Assembly: GCA_965223415.1 (NCBI GenBank)
Contig: OZ245002.1
Coordinates: 5,568,001-5,632,000 of the forward strand
Length of the DNA stretch: 64,000 nucleotides
Direction of reading: 5' to 3'
Origin: Myxococcota bacterium
Lineage (GTDB): Bacteria > Myxococcota_A > UBA9160 > UBA6930
Of the stretch, positions 1 to 9,004 are shown in pieces. The notes under the pieces are model-generated. The model was not told where the DNA came from. It did not search any database and saw nothing but the letters and a program-made list of their open reading frames with translations. Both the position numbers and the translations under genes were made by a program. Every line of letters starts with the position of its first letter. Positions within the stretch are counted from its first letter, which is position 1.

Positions 1-1
1 T

Positions 2-1165
2 CTGCTCGTATCCGGCTCGGACGGCAAGCCCCGGCTGCGCGCCGCGGCAGGCCTCGCCTCGCCGGAGCAGGCCCGAGAGCTCTCGGCCCAGCTCGGGCCC
101 CTGGTCGCCGACGTGGTCGCCACCGGCGCCCGCCAGCGACGGCCCGGCGACCCTGCCGCGGCACCCCAGCAGGCCGGTGGCGTGCTCGGCCTGCCGCTCC
201 AGGCGGAAGAGGGTCCCTGCCACGGTGCCCTCCTCGTGCTGTGCCCCCAGGAGCCGAGCCTGTCCCTGGCCGAGGGCGCCGCCCATCTCGCCGGTTCCGT
301 CGGCCTGCGTCTCGACCACGAAGCGCTCCAGCGGCGCTTCCGGGAGCTCGAGTCCGATCTCTCCGAGCGGGGTCAGGCGGAGGACAAGAGCGGCGACGAG
401 ATCCTCAAGCTCTCCGAGGCGCTGTTCGCCCAGGACATCGAGCTGCTCCAGAGCCAGGAGCAGCTCGGTAGCGTCCAGAAGCTGAAGAACGACTTCATCG
501 AGAAGATGTCCCGCGAGCTGCGCACGCCGCTGAACAGCATCATCGAGGCGATCATCTCGGTGCTGGCGGGCGAGAACGAGCAGCTCTCGGAGTCCGCCAA
601 GGCCAGCCTGCGCGGCGCCCTGGACGAGGGCACCGTCTTCCTGCGCACCCTGCAGAACATCCTCGACCTGTGGCGTCTCAAGCAGGGCGAGCTGTCGCTC
701 TCGGAGCAGGACGTGAACTTCCGCGAGGTGGTCGAGGAGGCCATCTTCAGCGTCCAGGACACCCTGGGCGACAAGCCGGTCCTGATCGAGAAGGCGATCG
801 TCGAGCCGCTGCCGAAGATCCGGACGGACCTGGCGAAGGTGAACCAGATCCTCTTCCTCCTGCTCGACAACGCGGCCAAGTTCACCCTGCAGGGCCGCAT
901 CGAGATCGGGGCCGAGGTCCGCGACGATCGCCTGCACTGCACGATCGAGGACTCCGGGATCGGCATCTGTGCCGACGACCAGGAGTTCATCTTCGAGGAG
1001 TTCTTCCAGGTCGACGACGCCTCGTCCGCCGCCTACCGGGGCGCGGGCCTGGGCCTCACCCTGGTCCGGGAGCTCCTGGCGCTCCTCGGCGGCAGCATCG
1101 AGCTGTCGAGCGAGGTGGGCCGCGGGACGCGCGTCGGCTTCGACGTGCCGGTCACGCTGGCGTAG
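2..1165 (+). CDS. Sensor histidine kinase-like protein, 5'-truncated by window edge; H-box His replaced by Arg
   Basis: Frame open from base 2; HisKA-like KNDFIEKMSRELRTPLNSI, N box LLDNAAKFT, G1 DSGIGI, F box IFEEFFQ, G2 GAGLGL. Confidence 0.88.
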   Translation: MLVSGSDGKPRLRAAAGLASPEQARELSAQLGPLVADVVATGARQRRPGDPAAAPQQAGGVLGLPLQAEEGPCHGALLVLCPQEPSLSLAEGAAHLAGSVGLRLDHEALQRRFRELESDLSERGQAEDKSGDEILKLSEALFAQDIELLQSQEQLGSVQKLKNDFIEKMSRELRTPLNSIIEAIISVLAGENEQLSESAKASLRGALDEGTVFLRTLQNILDLWRLKQGELSLSEQDVNFREVVEEAIFSVQDTLGDKPVLIEKAIVEPLPKIRTDLAKVNQILFLLLDNAAKFTLQGRIEIGAEVRDDRLHCTIEDSGIGICADDQEFIFEEFFQVDDASSAAYRGAGLGLTLVRELLALLGGSIELSSEVGRGTRVGFDVPVTLA

Positions 1166-1204
1166 GAACCGCGCTGGCCGGATCCGAAAGCGGCCCCGGG
1201 CGGG

Positions 1205-1420
1205 CTACTCCTCGGCCTCTTCCTCCGCGACCTCGTAGTCCGGCGTGATGTGGCCGGCGGCCACCTCGCGCAGGGCGGTCACGATCTCCTTGTTCTCGTC
1301 CGTCTGGACGAGCGCGCGGGCGCCCTTCTTGAGCTGCTTCGCGCGGATCGCCGCCATCTGCACCAGGTGGAAGCGGTTGGGGATCCGGGCGGTGCAGTCC
1401 TCGATCGTGATCCGTGCCAT
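1205..1420 (-). CDS. rpoZ: RNA polymerase omega subunit
   Basis: [39 protein letters not shown] upstream. Confidence 0.95.
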   Translation of the reverse strand: MARITIEDCTARIPNRFHLVQMAAIRAKQLKKGARALVQTDENKEIVTALREVAAGHITPDYEVAEEEAEE

Positions 1421-1486
1421 GGGGCTCCTCCGCCCCCTGGGGGGCTGCCGCAGCTGAGAGAAGGCGGCCGAGTCTACCAGCCGCCC

Positions 1487-1525
1487 TGAAGAAGGAAACC
1501 CCGGCCGGCAGGTGCCGGCCGGGGT
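1487..1525 (-). terminator. Intrinsic terminator after histone-like gene
   Basis: 13-bp stem accccggccggca/tgccggccggggt (1498-1525) followed on minus strand by tttccttcttc. Confidence 0.65.
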
Positions 1526-1555
1526 CCCAAGACCTTCCGTGAAGGTCGGCGCTGG

Positions 1556-2023
1556 CTAGCGCCGCCGCCGCGTGGCCTTCTTCCGGCGCGTGGCCTTCTT
1601 GCGAGTCGCCTTCTTCCGGCGGGTCGCCTTCTTGCGCGTGGCCTTCTTCCGGCGGGTCGCCTTCTTGCGCGTCGCCTTCTTCCGGCGCGTGGCCTTCTTG
1701 CGAGTCGCCTTCTTCCGGCGCGTGGCCTTCTTGCGCGTGGCCTTCTTCCGGCGGGTCGCCTTCTTGCGAGTCGCCTTCTTCCGGCGCGTGGCCTTCTTGC
1801 GCGTGGCCTTCTTCCGGCGGGTCGCCTTCTTGCGCGTCGCCTTCTTGCGCGTGGCCTTCTTGCGCGTGGCCTTCTTGCGAGTCGCTTTCTTGCGCGTCGC
1901 CTTCTTCCGGGTGGCCTTCTTGCGCGTCGCCTTCTTGCGAGTGGCCTTCTTGCGCGTGGCCTTCCGGCGCGTCGCCTTCTTGCGCGTCGCCTTCTTGCGG
2001 GTTGCCTTCTTTCGAGCTGCCAT
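1556..2023 (-). CDS. Histone H1-like, highly basic KKATR-repeat protein (155 aa)
   Basis: ATG at 2023; MAAR followed by 28 (K/R)KATR units; synonymous variation among repeats; candidate promoter TTGACG-18-TAGCTT at 2216-2187 and terminator downstream. Confidence 0.8.
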   Translation of the reverse strand: MAARKKATRKKATRKKATRRKATRKKATRKKATRKKATRKKATRKKATRKKATRKKATRKKATRKKATRRKKATRKKATRRKKATRKKATRRKKATRKKATRRKKATRKKATRRKKATRKKATRRKKATRKKATRRKKATRKKATRRKKATRRRR

Positions 2024-2347
2024 TTCTTGGGTCACCCCCCGTTGGGCGCTCCGGACCCCCCTGTGGAGCCGGAACACCGCGGTGTTGGTGGTTCCAGCCC
2101 CTATCGGAGGCAGGAACCTGCGACTTGAAGGGGAAGACCCCTCTTTCCGTCGCAATTTGCGGCGACTAGCGCCGAAGTTGCGATCGAAGCTAACCGCGCG
2201 AAATCGAGGCCGTCAAGAGAGAAACGCAAAAAAATCAAGACGATGGAGGCCCAAGCTGCGGGCGATCGGACGAAATCGCCGTGAACTCGACCGAGCGGAT
2301 CCGCGGACCGGCGGCGGAGAGCCGGAAATGCGCGGCGGCGCGCGGAG

Positions 2348-2376
2348 TTGACGCGTCGCCGCGGAGCCCCTATTCA
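2348..2376 (+). promoter_or_regulatory. Putative sigma70 promoter of bS22 gene
   Basis: TTGACG-17 nt-TATTCA; GAGGA SD at 2396-2400. Confidence 0.5.
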
Positions 2377-2406
2377 TCCCGGCTCTTCCGAGCCCGAGGA
2401 GCCCGC

Positions 2407-2499
2407 GTGGGTAGCGTCATCAAGAAGCGCCGCAAGAAGATGCGCAAGCACAAGAAGAAGAAGCTGCTCAAGCGCGCCCGCCACAAGCGGAAGCGCTAG
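2407..2499 (+). CDS. 30S ribosomal protein bS22 (AURKAIP1/COX24/mS38 family)
   Basis: GTG start; MGSVIKKRRKKMRKHKKKKLLKRARHKRKR matches the family signature. Confidence 0.9.
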   Translation: MGSVIKKRRKKMRKHKKKKLLKRARHKRKR

Positions 2500-2568
2500 A
2501 GCCCCAGTCCGGGATTCCGGCGATCCGAGACCGGCGGGAGCCCGACTTCGGCGCCGGAGCGCGAGCCC

Positions 2569-3048
2569 TCAGGCGGTCTGTTGAACGGGCAGGGATGGCG
2601 CCCCACTGCCGGGCCAGGCCCGGCGAACGCGCCCGAGCAGCCGGTTCACCGGGTGTCGCCGCGGCAGGAAGGAGAGCACCGGCGCCCGGCGCATGCCCAG
2701 GCCCTGGAGCTCCCCCAGCATCTCGCCGTTGCCCGGGTCGATCATCAGACCCCGGCGCAGGTAGCGGATCGCCTCGGCCTTGAAGCCGAAGGCCAGGTGG
2801 ACCCGCGAGAGGTTGTGGTAGAGCTCGGGGTTGAAGAACTCCTCCTTGGCGGCGGAGCGGCAGAGCTCGAGGGCGCGGTCGAAGCGGCGCTCCACGAGGG
2901 CCAGGCCCAGACCGTAGTAGGACCGGTAGCGGGGATTGGCCTGGTCGAGGTTGTGGGCGTTGCGGAAGTGCTCGAGCGCCTCGGCGAACTGCCCCGCAGC
3001 GAGCAGGTCGCGGCCCCGTCGGTACTGCTCCTCAGCGGTCACGGACAC
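2569..3048 (-). CDS. Tetratricopeptide repeat protein
   Basis: TPR-like helices (ALEHFRNAHNLD, AIRYLRRGLMIDPGN); GGAG SD. Confidence 0.8.
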   Translation of the reverse strand: MSVTAEEQYRRGRDLLAAGQFAEALEHFRNAHNLDQANPRYRSYYGLGLALVERRFDRALELCRSAAKEEFFNPELYHNLSRVHLAFGFKAEAIRYLRRGLMIDPGNGEMLGELQGLGMRRAPVLSFLPRRHPVNRLLGRVRRAWPGSGAPSLPVQQTA

Positions 3049-3303
3049 GTTCTCTCCTCCGTCCTCATCGTCCGGTGCGGCCCGGGGCTGGAGTGACCCG
3101 GCTCACCTTCTGACGTGCAACCGCACACAAGGCAAGACGCGTGCCGAGGGTTCTCCCAGGGGCAGCGGGGAGTGCCACGGACACACCCGGTCAGGGGAAT
3201 CCCGCCTCCGGGACCGATCGTGGCCGGTTCCCTACGAGAACGATCTCGTAACCGGCAAGCACGAGATCGTTCCCGGTGGATGGGAGAAGCAGGGCGGCGG
3301 CGC

Positions 3304-3537
3304 TCAGTACTCGATGATCTCGAGGATGTAGCGCTTCTTCTCCTTGCCACTGGCGGCGGCCATCAGGGTCCGGATGGCCGAAGCGTGGGCGCCCCCCTTG
3401 CCGATGACCTTGCCGAGATCGTCCTTCGCGACGCGCAGCTCCAGCACGTGGGCGTGCTCGCCCACCACCTCCTTGATCTGGACCTCGTCCGGCTTGTCGA
3501 CCAGAGCATGGACGATCGCTTCAATGAGCTGCTTCAT
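3304..3537 (-). CDS. khpA: KH-domain RNA-binding protein KhpA
   Basis: MKQLIEAIVHALVDKPDEV..DDLGKVIGKGG (GxxG loop). Confidence 0.92.
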   Translation of the reverse strand: MKQLIEAIVHALVDKPDEVQIKEVVGEHAHVLELRVAKDDLGKVIGKGGAHASAIRTLMAAASGKEKKRYILEIIEY

Positions 3538-3708
3538 GAGCTCCCTCCAGCGTCGGACCTGCGCACGGAGCTACGGCGTCAGCCACCCACTGCTGGGGCG
3601 ATGCGGGCTGATCGCCCGAGTGTACGCCCTCCGGTGGATCCGCTGCCATCGGAAACCCCCGACCTGGGCGTCTCCGATGACCCCCTAGGGGTTTTTTTCG
3701 TCCTCGGG

Positions 3709-4581
3709 CTACGAGGGGGACGCAGGGGCCGGGCGACCGGGAGGGATCGCCCTCCCCTCCCCGAGCACCCGCCGGCCTCCGGCACGCCAGGCCGCGGGGA
3801 CCGGTGTGGCGAGGACACTTCGCGCCAGGCGCAGAGAGCTGTCGAGGGCGCGGCCCCGCCCGGCCAGGCGAGCCCGCCGTGCCAGCTCCGACGGCTCCAC
3901 GTCGTTGCGGACGATCAGGCGATGGATGTCGAGGAGTCCCACCCAGCGCCCGAAGCGATCCCGGCCGAGGCCGGCCGCCGCGTCCAGGAGGTGATCCGTC
4001 GCGTCCGCCGCCGGTCGCCCCGGGTGGAGCTGGAGAGCCAGATCCCAGCGGCCGATGGGCCGCCACAGCACGCGGCTCTCCTGCCGAAGCCCGAAGCCCA
4101 GGCCCCGGGCGACGTCCCGGAGCTCGACCTCGGCCTCGGCGGGGAAGCTGAGCTCCAGGCGATCGACGGGACGCTCGCCCGGATCCGGGTGGACCGGCGC
4201 CGAGCCGCGCAGGAGCGACCAGGGCCCGCGGGGCGCCGTGGCGAGCCCACGCTCCGCGGCCAGGCCGAGCAGCGCCTCACCGACCTCGAGGGTGACGAGG
4301 TTGCGGCGGAGGGTCGTGAAGTAGGCCTGCCGGCAGAGGCCGACGAAGTCGATCGGCAGGGCCGTGCCCAGGAACCCCTGCTCGAGAGCTGGATGCAGGA
4401 AGGCCGCCACCCGATGGCGCATCACCGCCTGGACGAGGAGCTCCTCGTGGGTGCCGTCCCGCAGGCGGGGCGCGGTGCCCGCCGATGCGGTTCCCAGGGC
4501 GCGGCGCAGGGCCTGCACCAGCACCTCGCGGGCGCCCCGGGCCTCAGACCGGCCGTGAACATCGGGTGTGATCGCTTCCAT
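3709..4581 (-). CDS. Nucleotidyltransferase-family-like protein, degenerate motifs
   Basis: HRVAAFL, YFTTLRRNL, HPDPGERPVDRLEL and LLDIHRL resemble the NTP_transf_5 layout. Confidence 0.55.
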   Translation of the reverse strand: MEAITPDVHGRSEARGAREVLVQALRRALGTASAGTAPRLRDGTHEELLVQAVMRHRVAAFLHPALEQGFLGTALPIDFVGLCRQAYFTTLRRNLVTLEVGEALLGLAAERGLATAPRGPWSLLRGSAPVHPDPGERPVDRLELSFPAEAEVELRDVARGLGFGLRQESRVLWRPIGRWDLALQLHPGRPAADATDHLLDAAAGLGRDRFGRWVGLLDIHRLIVRNDVEPSELARRARLAGRGRALDSSLRLARSVLATPVPAAWRAGGRRVLGEGRAIPPGRPAPASPS

Positions 4582-4885
4582 GGGAGCTCCCCCCTGTCCG
4601 GACCCGGGCCTTCGCCCGGGGCCTGCTGGGGTTTCGGCCGGGCACGCTGCCGGCTTGAGCGAGGGAAATCACCGCATTGGCGGGGACTTGCCGGTGCGTG
4701 CTGCGCGCCCACGGGAGCGCAGGGCGTGGGTGCGGCGAAGGCGGCCCAGATTCGGTACATCCCCGCGGAATGGAACCCATCGTGGGCGACGAGCCGCAAC
4801 CTACCTTCCACCGCCCAGGACGCCGGGAAGGACGACTGCCCGTCTAGGGTGCCCGCCGGGCCCCTGCGGACAGGGGGCCTCGGTC

Positions 4886-6244
4886 ATGGCGACCTCCCAT
4901 CAGGAGACGACGCGCATCCTCCGTCGGCTGCTCGCAAGCGGCATGACGGCGCGTGCGGAGCGTCTGCTCGGGCGGATGCGACCGGCCGATCGGGGGCCGG
5001 TCATCTCGGCTCTCACGCCGCCCGAGATCCGCACCGTGATCGATCTGCTCTTCGAGCAGCATCGCGCCGCCAGCACGCTCATCGAGCTGCCGCCGGAGCT
5101 GCTGCCCCAGGTGTTCGACGCCCTCGGCGACGAGCGCCTGGCCCAGATCCTCGGACGCCTCGAGCTCGACGACATGCTCGAGTTCGTCGAGTGGCTCGAC
5201 CCGGAGCGTCGCGAGCCGATCATCTCGCTGCTGCCGGACGGCGCGCGGGCGGAGCTCCACAAGGCGGAGCTCTACCCGCCCTCCAGCGCCGGCCGGGTGA
5301 TGACCACCCAGTACGTCGCCCTGCACATGGACATGACGGCGCAGGAGGCCATCGATCGCATCCGGGCCGCCGGCGTCGAGGACGACGAGGCCATCCTCTA
5401 CCTCTACGTGGTCGACGAGAAGTCGCGGCTCCTGGGGGTGGTGCCGCTGCGGCGGCTGGTGGCGGCCAGCCCGGAGCGCCGCTGTGCCGACCTGATGGTG
5501 ACGGAGCCGGTCTCGGTCCCCGCCCACGCCGATCAGGAGGAGGTGGCCCAGCTCGTGGGTCGGTACAACCTCCTGGCCGTTCCGGTGGTGGACGACGAGG
5601 AGCGCATCCTCGGCGTCATCACCGTGGACGACGTGATCGAGGTGATCAACGAGGAGGCCACCGAGGACATGTACCTGCTGGCGGGCCTGTCCGAGGAGGA
5701 TCGGGTCTTCAGCCCGGCCCACCACGCGGTCCGCAAGCGCCTGCCATGGATGCTGATCAACCTGGGCGCGACCTTCCTCGCGGCCTACGTGGTCGGCCTC
5801 TTCGAGCGGACCCTCGAACAGATCGTCGCCCTGGCCTTCTTCATGCCGGTCGTCGCCGGGATGGGCGGCAACGGCGGCATCCAGTCACTCACCGTCATCA
5901 CCCGGGCCATCGCCCTCGGCGAGCTGGAGTTCTCGAGTGGCCTGCGGGCGATCGGGAAGGAGGTGAGCGTCGCCATCGTCATCGGTCTCGTCACCGGCGC
6001 CGTGAGCGGCGGCCTCGCTTACCTCTGGCAGGGCAACGCGTATCTGGGCCTGGTCCTGTTCGCGACGATGATGGCCACCATGGCGGTGGCCGGCGTCCTC
6101 GGTGCCGCCGTGCCGCTGATCCTCAAGGCCGCCGGCCAGGACCCGGCCGTCGGCTCCGGCGTGTTCGTCACCACCCTCACCGACATCTTCGGCTTTGCCG
6201 CCTTCCTCGGCATCGGCACCACCCTGCTCGACCGTCTGGTCTGA
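4886..6244 (+). CDS. mgtE: Magnesium transporter MgtE
   Basis: YPPSSAGRVMTT, CBS pair, KRLPWMLIN, GMGGNGGIQS, DPA..SGVFVTTLTD. Confidence 0.95.
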   Translation: MATSHQETTRILRRLLASGMTARAERLLGRMRPADRGPVISALTPPEIRTVIDLLFEQHRAASTLIELPPELLPQVFDALGDERLAQILGRLELDDMLEFVEWLDPERREPIISLLPDGARAELHKAELYPPSSAGRVMTTQYVALHMDMTAQEAIDRIRAAGVEDDEAILYLYVVDEKSRLLGVVPLRRLVAASPERRCADLMVTEPVSVPAHADQEEVAQLVGRYNLLAVPVVDDEERILGVITVDDVIEVINEEATEDMYLLAGLSEEDRVFSPAHHAVRKRLPWMLINLGATFLAAYVVGLFERTLEQIVALAFFMPVVAGMGGNGGIQSLTVITRAIALGELEFSSGLRAIGKEVSVAIVIGLVTGAVSGGLAYLWQGNAYLGLVLFATMMATMAVAGVLGAAVPLILKAAGQDPAVGSGVFVTTLTDIFGFAAFLGIGTTLLDRLV

Positions 6245-6253
6245 CCGCAGCCC

Positions 6254-6949
6254 CTAGGTGGCGTAGACGCGGTCGAGGTAGGCCAGGATGTCGGCGGACT
6301 CGAAGAGCTCGGTCCCGGTGTTCGGGTCGCGCAGCCAAGGCACCTGCATGCGGCCGGATTGCTTCACGAAGGCCTCCCGGCGTGGGCTGCCCTTGGCCAC
6401 GTTGTGCAGGAGGTAGGGGATCTCGAGGCTGCAGAGCTTCTCGCGGACGATGCGGCAGAACGGGGACGCCTCGAAGCTCCACAGCTCGAGGGGCGCCTCA
6501 GGCGGCCGGGACGGCTCGACCCGCACGCCCTTGGTTCCGCGGGTCGCGCTCGCGAGCTGGGCGCCCAGCAGGGTGAGCGGGCCCAACCGGAGCCCGAGCG
6601 GCGGCGCTCCCTTGCCGTAGTGCTCGTAGAGGTAGGCGACGATGTCGTCGGACTCGTACATCTCCACGTCGGTGTTGGGATCGACGAGATAGGGGAACAT
6701 CGCCTTGCCGCCGCGCTTGACCAGCTCGGGCCGGAAGCGGGTCCCCTTCTTCGGGCACGGCAGGACGTGGGCCTCGAGGTCGAGGTCCGAGAGCGCCTCC
6801 CGGACCTTCCGGCAGAACGGGCAGTTCTCGAACTCGTAGAGCACGAGGGGCTCCGCCGGCCTCGCTCCCGGCGAGCCCACGCTCATGCCAGAAGCGCCCC
6901 GCGCGAGGGTCGCCGCCACGGACAGGCCGACGTCGACGGATCGGTTCAA
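6254..6949 (-). CDS. Tandem GST-N/glutaredoxin-domain protein
   Basis: LYEFENCPFCRKVRE and WSFEASPFCRIVRE thioredoxin-fold repeats; probable TTG start overlapping upstream TGA (alternative ATG 6886). Confidence 0.85.
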   Translation of the reverse strand: MNRSVDVGLSVAATLARGASGMSVGSPGARPAEPLVLYEFENCPFCRKVREALSDLDLEAHVLPCPKKGTRFRPELVKRGGKAMFPYLVDPNTDVEMYESDDIVAYLYEHYGKGAPPLGLRLGPLTLLGAQLASATRGTKGVRVEPSRPPEAPLELWSFEASPFCRIVREKLCSLEIPYLLHNVAKGSPRREAFVKQSGRMQVPWLRDPNTGTELFESADILAYLDRVYAT

Positions 6950-8316
6950 AAGAAGACCTCCACCAGAACGTAGACCAGCGCCTGGGCATCTCCGAATTGC
7001 GAGCGCCGCCCCCCACCGAAGAGCTGGGCGCCGACGGTGATCTCCGCGTCGTTCAGCCCGGTGAAGGCCACGGAGGGAAAGACCGCCGTGCTGTGACCGT
7101 TCCAGTCGTGAATGACGAGGAGGTTGGCGTTCACGGCCGTGACGATGTCGGTCCCGACCTGGAGGCCCGTCTGATGCCGCGCGTTCGAGACAACGCCGCT
7201 GCCGCCGAAGCGGGCCGCCGATACCGGACGCACCACCGGGCCCGTGGGACCGAGCGGACCCACCGGCCCGGGCATCGCCTCGAAGAGCGGGAGGAGCGTC
7301 CCGGCCCTGCCTTCTCCGAAGCCCAGGGCGTTGCCGTCGTAGAGGTGCTCGACGAGCGTGTAGATCCCGTTGCCGACGTCGAAGTTGTAGTCGAGGGAGA
7401 CGACGGCCTGCCAGAAACGGTCCAGCTCCCGCGGCGCCTCCCAGCCGATCTCCCGGACGTCGCGCTCGGGATCGGTGTAGACGGCCTCCACCCGCCAGGC
7501 GGCGTCGCCCAGGTTGCCCGCCAGATCGAAGCCCAGCGTTCGCGCTTCCTCGAACACCCCCGCCATCAGACCGACGTCGGTGTCCCGCAGGACGCCGTCG
7601 AAGCGCAGGGCGTACCGCGCGTCGTCGCTGCGGGTCCCGGGGGCGTAGACGAGCTGGAGGTAGTCGAAGTCCGAGAGCAGCCAGCGGGCCTCGACGGCGT
7701 CGATACCCGCGGACTGGTCGCCCTCCAGCGCCAGCGGACCGATCGGATTGAAGCGGTCGATGGGATTCCAGAGGCGGCCGACGCCCCAGGGAATTCGCTG
7801 CCGGCCCACCGTGATCTGCGCCTTCCGGCCCTCGTAGCGGACGTAGGCGCGGTACAACAGGTGGCGCCAGCGGCGGTGGGAGGCGTCGTCCCCGAGGCCG
7901 AAGGCGTGGATCTCGTCTTCCAGGCCGAGGAAGGTGTCGGCATCCCCGCCGCCGAGACCCAGGCGGTCGAGGGTGCCCACCCGCAGCTCGTGGTCGTACA
8001 TCAGGACCGCCGACCATCCACCCCCGGCCTCGAAGTCGAGGCGCTGGCGCAGCCGGGTGAGGCTCTCCCAGACGTCGCGGTCGCCAACCAGGTCGAAGGC
8101 GGGGCAGTCCGGGAAGAGCGCGGCCAGGGCGCAGGTCGGGCCCGCGGCGGCGACCGCCGCACGGAACTTGGCGCCGTCGGTGCCGTTGCTCGTGGTCACG
8201 AGCTCCCGCACCGAGCCGCTCCACTCGAGCGAGCGCTCGCCGGAGCTCCACAGCTCGACGGCCGCGCAAGGCGCGGCCAGCGCGAAGGCGAGGATCGCCG
8301 AGGCGGATCGCCTCAT
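6946..8316 (-). CDS. Putative outer-membrane beta-barrel protein
   Basis: Signal peptide, ITVGRQRIPWGVG..WNPIDRFNP motif, C-terminal alternating pattern ending in Phe. Confidence 0.75.
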   Translation of the reverse strand: MRRSASAILAFALAAPCAAVELWSSGERSLEWSGSVRELVTTSNGTDGAKFRAAVAAAGPTCALAALFPDCPAFDLVGDRDVWESLTRLRQRLDFEAGGGWSAVLMYDHELRVGTLDRLGLGGGDADTFLGLEDEIHAFGLGDDASHRRWRHLLYRAYVRYEGRKAQITVGRQRIPWGVGRLWNPIDRFNPIGPLALEGDQSAGIDAVEARWLLSDFDYLQLVYAPGTRSDDARYALRFDGVLRDTDVGLMAGVFEEARTLGFDLAGNLGDAAWRVEAVYTDPERDVREIGWEAPRELDRFWQAVVSLDYNFDVGNGIYTLVEHLYDGNALGFGEGRAGTLLPLFEAMPGPVGPLGPTGPVVRPVSAARFGGSGVVSNARHQTGLQVGTDIVTAVNANLLVIHDWNGHSTAVFPSVAFTGLNDAEITVGAQLFGGGRRSQFGDAQALVYVLVEVFF

Positions 8317-8996
8317 GCGGCCTTCTGCTCGTCCGCCACCACCTGCCCGTCGCGGAGCCGCACCGTCCGCCGCGAGCTCTCGATCACCATCGGGTCGTGG
8401 GTCGAGAAGAGGAAGGTGACCGCGTGGCGCTGGTTCATCTCCTGCATCAAGTCGAGGAGGGTCTGGGCGGTCTTCGAATCGAGGTTCGCGGTGGGCTCGT
8501 CCGCCAGCACGACCCGCGGGTCGCTCACGATCGCGCGGGCCACCGCCACCCGCTGCTGCTGGCCGCCGCTCATCTCGAGGGGCCGCTTCTCGGCCATGTC
8601 CGCGAGGCCCACCTCGTCGAGCATCTCCATCGCGCGCTCCCTGCGCTCGGCGGCGGCGACGCCCTGGAGCTCCATCACGAACTCGACGTTCTCCCGGGCC
8701 GAGAGCACCGGGATCAGGTTGTAGGCCTGGAAGATGAAGCCCAGCTTCGTGAGCCGGAGGCGCGCGAGCTCCGCCGGCGAGAGGCCGGCCAGATCCTCGC
8801 CCTCCAGCCGGATCGATCCGCGCGTGGGCACGTCCAAGGCGCCGAACAGGTTCAGGAGCGTCGTCTTGCCGGAGCCGCTGGGCCCGGCGAGGGCGGTGAA
8901 CTCACCCTCGCTCACCGTCAAGCTGACGTCCTGCAGCGCGACGGTCTCCACCCCTCGCGTCTCGTAGACCTTCCAGACCTGGGCCGCTTCGAGCAT
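8313..8996 (-). CDS. ABC transporter ATP-binding protein (LolD/MacB-like)
   Basis: GPSGSGKTT, MSGGQQQRVAVARA, VLADEPTANLD, STHD. Confidence 0.95.
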   Translation of the reverse strand: MLEAAQVWKVYETRGVETVALQDVSLTVSEGEFTALAGPSGSGKTTLLNLFGALDVPTRGSIRLEGEDLAGLSPAELARLRLTKLGFIFQAYNLIPVLSARENVEFVMELQGVAAAERRERAMEMLDEVGLADMAEKRPLEMSGGQQQRVAVARAIVSDPRVVLADEPTANLDSKTAQTLLDLMQEMNQRHAVTFLFSTHDPMVIESSRRTVRLRDGQVVADEQKAA

Positions 8997-9004
8997 GAGC
9001 TCTC

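Noticed and set aside
1572..2351. Hydrophobic RVAFL-repeat ORF on plus strand
   Set aside because: Antisense translation of the KKATR gene; promoter and terminator favour the minus strand
4582..4885. M-box or other riboswitch upstream of mgtE
   Set aside because: No recognisable conserved riboswitch motifs by eye
3115..6576. 1153-aa plus-strand ORF
   Set aside because: Shadow ORF overlapping khpA, the NTase-like gene and mgtE; low-complexity R/G/A/P composition typical of GC-rich off-frames
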